This document shows, piece after piece, positions 56,904-64,000 of a DNA stretch of 64,000 nt (its first letter is position 1; every line of letters starts with the position of its first letter). The stretch covers positions 1 to 64,000 of the IMG/VR virus record IMGVR_UViG_3300047564_003843; one strand, given 5' to 3'. Source of the DNA: a virus. The notes under the pieces are model-generated. The model made no database searches. It was not told the origin of the DNA and saw only the letters and a list, made by a program, of their open reading frames with translations. The translations under genes were made by a program, and so were the position numbers.

Positions 56904-57983
56904 ATGGAGAGTTGGCAAAAACTAGATAGGTCATCTACCCCTTTGACCTCAACAGTTGAGATGGACAGCCTTACACAAGAGCTTGTTCGTCCCTTCGATT
57001 ACGAAACAAACGGTCTTTCAACCTTTCACCCGTTTGTTCTTCCAAAACTTCCTAGTGAGTTTAATCTTGGCGTAATTGTTGGTGCCTCTGGGACAGGTAA
57101 GTCAACTCTCCTCCAATCTTTTGGAAATCCAGTAATTCCAACTTGGGACTACAACAAATCAATTGCATCTCACTTTGATAATCCAGTAGATGCAAGTGAG
57201 CGCTTATCTGCAGCAGGACTTATGTCTGTTCCTGAGTGGGTAAAGCCTTATCAGGTTTTATCAAATGGACAAAAGTTTCGTGCTGACTTAGCAATATCTT
57301 TGCAAAGTGGTGCTGTCATTGATGAATACACATCTGTTGTAGATCGTAATGTTGCAAAAGCTGCATCAACATCAATGTCTAAATACATTCGTCGTAACAA
57401 CATAAAAGGAGTTGTGCTGGCAACTGTTCACCGCGACATCCTTGAGTTCCTTGAGCCAGATTGGGTTATTGATACTGACCGTGGCGAATGGACCTCAGGA
57501 AGGTATCTTCAACGACCTGAACTGGTTCTCGACATATATCCTGCCCACAACAGCGTTTGGGGATACTTCGCTTCGCACCACTATCTCTCCGAAAAGCTCA
57601 ATAAGGCCTCACACAGCTACTTGGCTATCTGGGAACAACAGTTAGTTGGTTATGTAGCAGCAATGACTTATCCGTCAGGCACTGTGCAAAATGCTTGGCG
57701 TGAGCATCGTTTAGTAGTTCATCCTGATTATCAAGGACTTGGGTTTGGCCCAAGAATTTCAGAAGCAGTTGCAGAGTATTATATAAATCAAGGAAAAAGA
57801 TATTTTTCAAAGACTTCTCATCCACGCTTAGGCGAATATAGAGACACTTCTAATTTGTGGAAACCTACATCAAAAAACCACATGAAACGTTTAGATGGAC
57901 ATATTGAACGTACAAATATGAGATGGCAATTAAATCCAAATCGATGGTCTTATTCTCACGAATATATAGGAGAAAATAAGTAA
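56904..57983 (+). CDS. ABC-type ATPase fused to C-terminal GNAT acetyltransferase
   Basis: GASGTGKST, LSNGQ, VIDEYTS; HHYL..HRLVVHPDYQGLGFG. Confidence 0.85.
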   Translation: MESWQKLDRSSTPLTSTVEMDSLTQELVRPFDYETNGLSTFHPFVLPKLPSEFNLGVIVGASGTGKSTLLQSFGNPVIPTWDYNKSIASHFDNPVDASERLSAAGLMSVPEWVKPYQVLSNGQKFRADLAISLQSGAVIDEYTSVVDRNVAKAASTSMSKYIRRNNIKGVVLATVHRDILEFLEPDWVIDTDRGEWTSGRYLQRPELVLDIYPAHNSVWGYFASHHYLSEKLNKASHSYLAIWEQQLVGYVAAMTYPSGTVQNAWREHRLVVHPDYQGLGFGPRISEAVAEYYINQGKRYFSKTSHPRLGEYRDTSNLWKPTSKNHMKRLDGHIERTNMRWQLNPNRWSYSHEYIGENK

Positions 57984-58008
57984 TCTTTTTGAGGTCTACA
58001 CTGTAGAT

Positions 58009-58302
58009 ATGAGTGAGCCGAACTCACCCGAAGAGCCTCGGGACAAAGAACCTTCGTCTTTTGATTTCAATCGACTCGAGGTAGACCTTGGCATCTCATC
58101 TTTAGATGAAGATGCAATGCAGATGTATGAGCTTTTTAAGTCTTTAGTAAAAGCAGGTTTTAAAGACAAACAAGCTTTAAGACTTGTAGCTTTGATAATT
58201 ACAGAACATGATGTATTAGAAGAAGCTGTTATTTTTAATTTTGACCCTGATGATATGGAAGATTTAGAAGAACCAGAATCAGACCCTGACGAAGAGGAAT
58301 AA
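58009..58302 (+). CDS. Acidic hypothetical protein
   Basis: YELFKSLVKAGF..AL motif; leaderless start. Confidence 0.6.
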   Translation: MSEPNSPEEPRDKEPSSFDFNRLEVDLGISSLDEDAMQMYELFKSLVKAGFKDKQALRLVALIITEHDVLEEAVIFNFDPDDMEDLEEPESDPDEEE

Positions 58303-58303
58303 A

Positions 58304-58651
58304 GTGTCAGAAGAGCCAGAGCAAGACAGGTCAGACTACCTTTTCGGACTTCTTCTAGAAATAGGAGCAGTCGAGTTTTACGGAGTCTCTGGCGACACAG
58401 GGGAGCCTATCTACCGAATAACAGATTTGTGCGAAGAAATTTTCCCCGAGCTTTGGCAAGCGCAAGTACAACATGTTGGAGAGACAGCAAACAGGCTTTG
58501 GCAAATGGGGCTTGTTGAAATCAATCTTTCTGCAAAAGGGGAGACTGTCTACTTTAGAGAACATAATTACAGAAAATACTTAGAAATAAAAGATTCTCTC
58601 TCAGAAGAAGATAAAACCTTTATAGAGGTTTTTCTTGAAGATTTGTCTTAA
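58304..58651 (+). CDS. Hypothetical protein (wHTH-like)
   Basis: LLEIGAVE..GEPIY..LWQMGLVE. Confidence 0.6.
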   Translation: MSEEPEQDRSDYLFGLLLEIGAVEFYGVSGDTGEPIYRITDLCEEIFPELWQAQVQHVGETANRLWQMGLVEINLSAKGETVYFREHNYRKYLEIKDSLSEEDKTFIEVFLEDLS

Positions 58652-58668
58652 ACGCGTATACTGGAGAA

Positions 58669-58911
58669 ATGACTATGTCTTACGCCAGATTTTTTGCAGA
58701 TGATGTTTATGTATTTGCATCACCTAGAGGTCTTACATGTCAAATGTGTAGTTTTGGTGACATGTTGGAAACAAGCTTTTTAGCTGAATCAACCCAAGAA
58801 ATGGTTGACCACCTCAAAGCCCATCAGAAAAAAGGAGACAAGATGCCTTCAACAATTTTTGATGAGCTTTGGGCAGATGACTCCGAAAACTATCCTTCTA
58901 AAAAGAATTAA
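58669..58911 (+). CDS. Small C2H2-like protein
   Basis: MSYARF..CQMC..HLKAH. Confidence 0.6.
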   Translation: MTMSYARFFADDVYVFASPRGLTCQMCSFGDMLETSFLAESTQEMVDHLKAHQKKGDKMPSTIFDELWADDSENYPSKKN

Positions 58912-59318
58912 AAGTTTTTAATATCTTTTAACTTCTCAAACAGTTCCATAATTTTAGGTGGAGTGTTTGTAAGCTTTATATTATTATTGCTGTGATTTTC
59001 TTCAAACCGCGGGAACATAATTGTTGTATGTCCTCCATCGTTTGAATATGCTCTTGGATTTCTTTTATTTCTCCAAAGCTCGTCTGTAATCTGTTCCCAC
59101 TCATTCGGGTGGTCAGTTAGCTGCCTTAAGTTCTCGTGACGAAATAGCTTTTCTAAAGCTTCTGGCATAAAGTAAAGAGTATTTTCGGTGTGAGGATAAT
59201 CTGTAAAAAAATCTACTAACTTTATATAAAAAGCTTTTAGTTCAGGGTCATCTTCAGATAAATCAAGCTCATAATTAGCATGACGCATCCACTCTTCTTT
59301 GCTGTATTCAAATGCCAT
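58908..59318 (-). CDS. Hypothetical phage protein
   Basis: LTDHPNEW..LWRNKR..SNDGG. Confidence 0.6.
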   Translation of the reverse strand: MAFEYSKEEWMRHANYELDLSEDDPELKAFYIKLVDFFTDYPHTENTLYFMPEALEKLFRHENLRQLTDHPNEWEQITDELWRNKRNPRAYSNDGGHTTIMFPRFEENHSNNNIKLTNTPPKIMELFEKLKDIKNF

Positions 59319-60039
59319 TTATATTCCTATTCCTAACATTATCGTTATACCATTTTCGTCCCTCGGCTACGTTTGAGACAAAAACTGGTTCCCCTAAGTC
59401 TACCGAAGCAAACCAGTCATACCACTTAGGCAAGCAGTCAATGTATGGTCCGTCTAATAAAGCAAATGGTATCCCATACGCATGCGCTGTAATTGCAACG
59501 TGCATAGCCCCCGCTAAAACAAAGCGTGCTCCTGATATTTTGTGAACCATAGCAATAGTCTCATCAATAGTTTCTACAACAGCGCTTATTACAGCATCAG
59601 CACCATATTCGTGGTGCGTAAATTTATTATAATCAGATGGATCTTTTATGTGGCGCACAACTATTGCCATAGCGTTTGGAGCAGCTTTAGTTAAAATATT
59701 TGGCAGTATGTAAGCAGGATCTTTACTTACTTCTACATCAACTCCATGTTTTTCTAACTCCATTTGAGTGTATGGACCGCGAGCGCCGATAAATTCACAT
59801 GCACCTACAAGTTGAGGATCTAAACCTTCTCCACGCCACCCACAAGAAATAAATATTGGTTTGTAACCTTGTCTTAAAGTTTCATCTATTATTTCATTAC
59901 ATATAACACTTCCAAGAGGAAAGTACATATTTTCGGTGTCGTTGTACCAAGCGTTATACACAGATGGCGGAGTAATTAACTCAGCCAGAGCATCGCCATA
60001 GTTCCTGACGACCCCATCCATCTTCCACTCATAAATCAC
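59308..60039 (-). CDS. Polysaccharide pyruvyl transferase-like protein
   Basis: NYGDAL, GARGPYT, DPA, MHVAITAHAYGIP. Confidence 0.7.
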   Translation of the reverse strand: MIYEWKMDGVVRNYGDALAELITPPSVYNAWYNDTENMYFPLGSVICNEIIDETLRQGYKPIFISCGWRGEGLDPQLVGACEFIGARGPYTQMELEKHGVDVEVSKDPAYILPNILTKAAPNAMAIVVRHIKDPSDYNKFTHHEYGADAVISAVVETIDETIAMVHKISGARFVLAGAMHVAITAHAYGIPFALLDGPYIDCLPKWYDWFASVDLGEPVFVSNVAEGRKWYNDNVRNRNINGI

Positions 60040-60141
60040 CTCTCAACCTTACCTTCCCCCTCCCCTCTTTATTTCTCAACGCGCCGCTGCTTTTAACGGA
60101 AAGAGAGCCCGGAAAATTGAAATTTGTATTATGATAAACAC

Positions 60142-60885
60142 ATGGCACGCAAAGACGAAGTTACGGTTTATTGGTCTCCTTACTACCCTGTCAGGGCAGA
60201 GGAGCGCTATGACTGGAACATGATGTATCAGGACCCAAAATCCTTAACAGATTCTTTAAAGCCTGAAAGAGTAGTTGATGGTGACCCCAACAACAGTATC
60301 TTTTTTTGCCCTGCTTATAAAAATATGTTTTCTAATACATTTGTCTTTTCAAATCTTGTAGATAGTAAATATGAATTTAATCCAGAGACTAAACAGTTTG
60401 TTGCTGTTCAAGACCATCAATATGTATTATCTCGTTCGATGGAACCTTTTATGCAGGATAGAAGGGTAATTTGGATTCCTCTTGGTTGGACTTTCTTTTG
60501 CGAAGAGGATGTAGAAATGGAGCTTATGCCACCAATTCTTCACGACACTATTCATAGACACTATGGAAGTATCACCCCAGGACGATTTAACATCTCTAAG
60601 TGGTACAGACCTTGCATAACAGAGTTTATTCTTTGGAAAGGTCAAAACAGATTCCATCTTGCTGAAGAACCAGTAATGTACGCAAGATTTCATACAGACA
60701 AGAAAGTTGTCCTTAAACGTTTTGAAATGACAGCTGACCTACAAAAATTAGCTGAAAGCATTGCTGACACAAAAAACAACCTTGGCAGGTTCAAGTCCCT
60801 AGCTTACAGATACGATACTTTTGTTAAATCTCGAACCAAAGAGATTGTTCTTCGTAAAATAAAAGAGGCTGTTATAGATGAGTAA
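60142..60885 (+). CDS. Conserved phage protein (paralog of 60878-61618)
   Basis: VYWSP..DWNM.Y.DP..CPA..NTFVF..GRFNISKWYRP. Confidence 0.65.
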   Translation: MARKDEVTVYWSPYYPVRAEERYDWNMMYQDPKSLTDSLKPERVVDGDPNNSIFFCPAYKNMFSNTFVFSNLVDSKYEFNPETKQFVAVQDHQYVLSRSMEPFMQDRRVIWIPLGWTFFCEEDVEMELMPPILHDTIHRHYGSITPGRFNISKWYRPCITEFILWKGQNRFHLAEEPVMYARFHTDKKVVLKRFEMTADLQKLAESIADTKNNLGRFKSLAYRYDTFVKSRTKEIVLRKIKEAVIDE

Positions 60886-61618
60886 AGACGAGATTGTTGT
60901 TTATTGGGGACCTTGTTACGAAGTTGGTCCAGACCACATTATTGATTGGAACATGTTCTATGCCGACCCTACAGAGCTTCTTCCTGATTTAAAAAAGATG
61001 AAAGATAAGACAGCAGGAAATCAAAGCATACTTTACTGCCCTGCTTTCACCGAAAACTATAAAAATACTTTTGTATTCAGCAGCGTTGTAGACAGCAGGT
61101 TTTCATACAACCATCAACAAAATTGCTGGGAAATACCTAATAAGTATCAAATACACCCTGCTACAACCATGCGAACCAGTTACATGGAAAATCGCAAACC
61201 TTTAGTTCTTTCTATGATTTGGCTTTTTGTTTCTGAAGAGCCATTAGAGATGGAGATTATTTCTCCATACCTTCATCAAACAGAGTCTTCCAAGTACGGG
61301 GTTATTGCCACTGGAAGGTTTGATATTGGACGTTGGTATAGACCTATCCATGCCGACTATCTGTTGTGGAGCGGTCTTGACAACTTTGCAATTAAAGAAG
61401 GAGACCCCTTTTTCTATGTAAGATTTAATACTGATAAAAAGGTTGTTTTAAAAAGATACGTTAATACCCCTGAAATCTACAAGCAGACTGTTTCTAATGT
61501 TGAAACTAAATTTCTTTTTGGTAAGACACCCCCTCTTGCAAAGCTATACAACTACTTTTCAAAAACTAGAACCAAAGACATAATGCTTAAAAAGATAAAA
61601 GATGCGGTGATTGAGTAA
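60878..61618 (+). CDS. Conserved phage protein (tandem paralog)
   Basis: Same motifs as 60142-60885. Confidence 0.65.
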   Translation: MSKDEIVVYWGPCYEVGPDHIIDWNMFYADPTELLPDLKKMKDKTAGNQSILYCPAFTENYKNTFVFSSVVDSRFSYNHQQNCWEIPNKYQIHPATTMRTSYMENRKPLVLSMIWLFVSEEPLEMEIISPYLHQTESSKYGVIATGRFDIGRWYRPIHADYLLWSGLDNFAIKEGDPFFYVRFNTDKKVVLKRYVNTPEIYKQTVSNVETKFLFGKTPPLAKLYNYFSKTRTKDIMLKKIKDAVIE

Positions 61619-62070
61619 TGGAATCTTCGGCACTGGTTGAGCTTGAGCGTATGTTTAAGCAGAACAAGGTTGGCTTTACAGCCTCTTGTTTTGACCTTCT
61701 ACACGCAGGACACATTCTTATGCTTGAAGAAGCAAAATCAGTTTGTGACCACCTTATAGTGGCACTTCAAGCAGACCCAAGCATTGACAGACCTCAGAAA
61801 AGAAAACCCATTCAATCTTTAATTGAGCGTCAAATCCAACTTAAAGCAGTTAAGTATGTAGATGAAATTGTTGTTTATGAGACAGAAGATGACCTACTCA
61901 ATCTACTCAAGACCTTGCCTATAGATGTTCGAATTATTGGTGAAGACTACATAGGTAAAGATTTCACAGGTAGGGACTACTGCATAACTCACAACATAGA
62001 TATTTACTACAATAGTCGCAGACACACCTACTCCTCTACAGAGTTGATAGAGCGCATCCGAAAGGTATAA
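61618..62070 (+). CDS. Cytidylyltransferase (TagD-like, HxGH family)
   Basis: FDLLHAGH..KPIQSLIER..YSSTEL. Confidence 0.85.
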   Translation: MESSALVELERMFKQNKVGFTASCFDLLHAGHILMLEEAKSVCDHLIVALQADPSIDRPQKRKPIQSLIERQIQLKAVKYVDEIVVYETEDDLLNLLKTLPIDVRIIGEDYIGKDFTGRDYCITHNIDIYYNSRRHTYSSTELIERIRKV

Positions 62071-62090
62071 GGGAACGGGAGCCCGGAGAA

Positions 62091-62309
62091 ATGAACTATA
62101 GAGATATTCAAGCTGGCTCCATCTTTCAAGCATGGGGAAGTTTTAGTAGCCCAACTCTTTCAGAACCAGTAACTCTTTCTATAACTACAAAGTGTCCAGA
62201 GAAGTGGCTACTTATTGATAGAGAAACTGGTCAGGTTTATCAAGGTTCCGATGAAGTAAATCCTCATATGCCTTCACAGATGCTTTGGAAACCTATAGAA
62301 TCTAATTAA
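62091..62309 (+). CDS. Hypothetical protein
   Basis: TKCPEKWLLIDRETGQVY. Confidence 0.55.
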   Translation: MNYRDIQAGSIFQAWGSFSSPTLSEPVTLSITTKCPEKWLLIDRETGQVYQGSDEVNPHMPSQMLWKPIESN

Positions 62310-62352
62310 CAGTAGAAAGTCTTCTGTTATTGCAGTACATATAGGAGCCACA

Positions 62353-62742
62353 ATGTTGGCTAAGACAAATTCAGGTAGTGACAAACAAGTAATACAACCA
62401 AAACAGTGGACATTAGTTTATTTTGGTGAAAAGAAACAAACATCTTTTATATCTCATGGTGCAGGTAAACTTCTTTTTAATGTCATCCTTCGTGTTGAAT
62501 ATCCCGAGATAGGGTGCCCAAGAACTCTTCGAGGACGATTTGTCAGATGGCCTAATACATCAAAAGCAGATGAAACGGGTCATAACGATGTTAATCCAAT
62601 TGCTGGACTAACAAGACATCACCACTGGGACCACTTCTTAGAGAACAGAGCTAAAATGCCAGTAGGTTTTATAGTCTGGCATGATGGAGAAAGCCCTATT
62701 GTTCTTGATGGAAGACAGATTAAAAGCTTTTTAAGTAACTAG
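62353..62742 (+). CDS. Hypothetical protein
   Basis: 129 aa; AGGAGCCACA RBS. Confidence 0.55.
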   Translation: MLAKTNSGSDKQVIQPKQWTLVYFGEKKQTSFISHGAGKLLFNVILRVEYPEIGCPRTLRGRFVRWPNTSKADETGHNDVNPIAGLTRHHHWDHFLENRAKMPVGFIVWHDGESPIVLDGRQIKSFLSN

Positions 62743-63464
62743 TTATATTCTTTTCTAGTCCAAAACTTATCTTTGTATGCATTGTAAAAACTCATTTTTA
62801 GTTTTCTTATGCTTCTTTGAATAGTTATCATGTCTGATCTCTCTCCATACTTCATTTCATAAGATTCTCTTTTAAATGGAATAACTTGAGCCATTGGATA
62901 CCCTGCAGGGATTATCCCCTCCCACTCGGGGTCAATTAAAAATGGAAAGTTAATTGGATGAGCGTAAGTATCAGTGTCAACGATAGCTGGGATACATTGA
63001 AGTATTTGGTCTTTTGCATCTCTATTCATTGGAGGAACAAATAAACATGAGTAACCTTTTGGAGTTATTACTGTCCAAGGTGAGTGAAATTTTGGAATTG
63101 CATTGTCAGGATGTTTTTGCACATGAGGATGAGTAGACATTTGTAATGGTGGATGAAACCCTAAAACATCGTAATCAGGCCATTGAAAAAGTTGCTGACC
63201 ATCTTTTTTTGTCACCTTCACATCTGTGGTTAAAGGGATTATGTAACCTGCTGTCATAGCATCCAGCATTGGCATGCACTTTTTTCCTGTCGCGGTGCCC
63301 GTGTTCAACCCGATGTCACTCCAGTAGACAGTCCCCTGCTCTCCATCTATGTATGAAGGCAGTTTTTTATACCAGTCTGGAACAGCTTTTTTGGCGGGGT
63401 AAGGTCGAGTCTCCTCTGGGAGGTCTCCCATAAGGTCCACAAAAGTAATTGGTACTGAAGTCAT
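62739..63464 (-). CDS. Conserved phage protein, DUF6065-like (paralog of 50847-51551)
   Basis: PDWYKKLP..KKCMPMLDAM..TPKGYSCL..VDTD..IPAGYPMAQVIPFKR. Confidence 0.65.
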   Translation of the reverse strand: MTSVPITFVDLMGDLPEETRPYPAKKAVPDWYKKLPSYIDGEQGTVYWSDIGLNTGTATGKKCMPMLDAMTAGYIIPLTTDVKVTKKDGQQLFQWPDYDVLGFHPPLQMSTHPHVQKHPDNAIPKFHSPWTVITPKGYSCLFVPPMNRDAKDQILQCIPAIVDTDTYAHPINFPFLIDPEWEGIIPAGYPMAQVIPFKRESYEMKYGERSDMITIQRSIRKLKMSFYNAYKDKFWTRKEYN

Positions 63465-63645
63465 ATATCTAAAACTACACCTTTTTCCTCAAAAGACAAC
63501 ACACAACTTACCTATAATTATCAAGATACATAGATTTCCTTACCCGACATGCTAAGGAAAAAGGCGGCTGGACCCATAATCAACGGTCCAGTCGCCTTCT
63601 TTATTTTGAGCGATAATAGACCTTGGACAAGGTATTGGAGAAACA

Positions 63646-63876
63646 ATGAGAAAACTAGGGCTCCTAAGCGTATTGGCGCTAGGTCTTCTTTTAACAGGAT
63701 GTGGGTATCAGGGTAATTATCGATATCCATGCCAAGAACCACACAATTGGGAAACAGCTGAATGCAAGCCTCCTGTTTGCACTGTTGCTGGCACTTGTCC
63801 AGTAGACTTGGTAGGCGAGGATGTCTTTAACGGCGAGACAACAACAACAGATAGTGGAGCGACACCAAATGGCTAG
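63646..63876 (+). CDS. Cys-rich lipoprotein
   Basis: Lipobox LLTGC; YRYPCQ..C.PP.C..GTC. Confidence 0.65.
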   Translation: MRKLGLLSVLALGLLLTGCGYQGNYRYPCQEPHNWETAECKPPVCTVAGTCPVDLVGEDVFNGETTTTDSGATPNG

Positions 63877-64000
63877 ATATAGATATTCTCAAGCAGAGCT
63901 TGACTCTCGCTTGAAGTTTACCCTTGGAATTATTCTTGGGGTTATTTTGCTGTGCACAGCAATTGGTATTTTGTATGGATTGCTTTTTGTAACACAGCCA
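63869..64000 (+). CDS. Membrane protein (partial)
   Basis: MARYRYSQAELDSRLKFTLGIILGVILL...; open to the window end. Confidence 0.5.
   Translation, partial: MARYRYSQAELDSRLKFTLGIILGVILLCTAIGILYGLLFVTQP

Noticed and set aside
56904-57983. ABC transporter
   Set aside because: No permease or binding protein; the ATPase is fused to a GNAT domain.

Overview
The window is a 64 kb piece of a large tailed dsDNA phage genome, about 40-45% GC by eye. The host is most likely an actinobacterium, probably a low-GC freshwater lineage. Evidence for this: a portal/DUF1360/prohead-protease set resembling actinobacteriophage cluster B, DUF3039, a MutT3-type Nudix domain and many leaderless genes. Four zones are visible. 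(1) 1-20.6 kb, minus strand: head module with portal, a Cys-rich protein, a 3133-aa multi-enzyme protein (DEDDh exonuclease, Nudix, HipA/PI-kinase-like, WYL, putative ART), a 1401-aa prohead protease fusion and the start of the probable major capsid gene. (2) ~21-40 kb: an early/host-takeover region of small genes with repeated sigmaA-like promoters, an operator-like spacer motif, an extended RBS motif and a polar GGGTAAAAA motif. It also encodes a proteasome-beta-like Ntn protease, a MoxR AAA+/VWA pair and a small ART-fold protein, and has unusual non-coding DNA on both sides. (3) 40-44.5 kb: terS-like and holin-like genes and an AT-rich iteron array (probable origin). (4) 44.5-64 kb: class II RNR and auxiliary genes (halogenase, AdoMetDC, glycan-modifying enzymes, ABC-ATPase/GNAT fusion). 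The strongest candidate for an undescribed system is a capsid cargo system: head proteins share a QxRDxxGxF tag and probable protease cleavage motifs at domain boundaries, and may package a giant effector polyprotein. All family assignments come from motif recognition by eye, not database searches.
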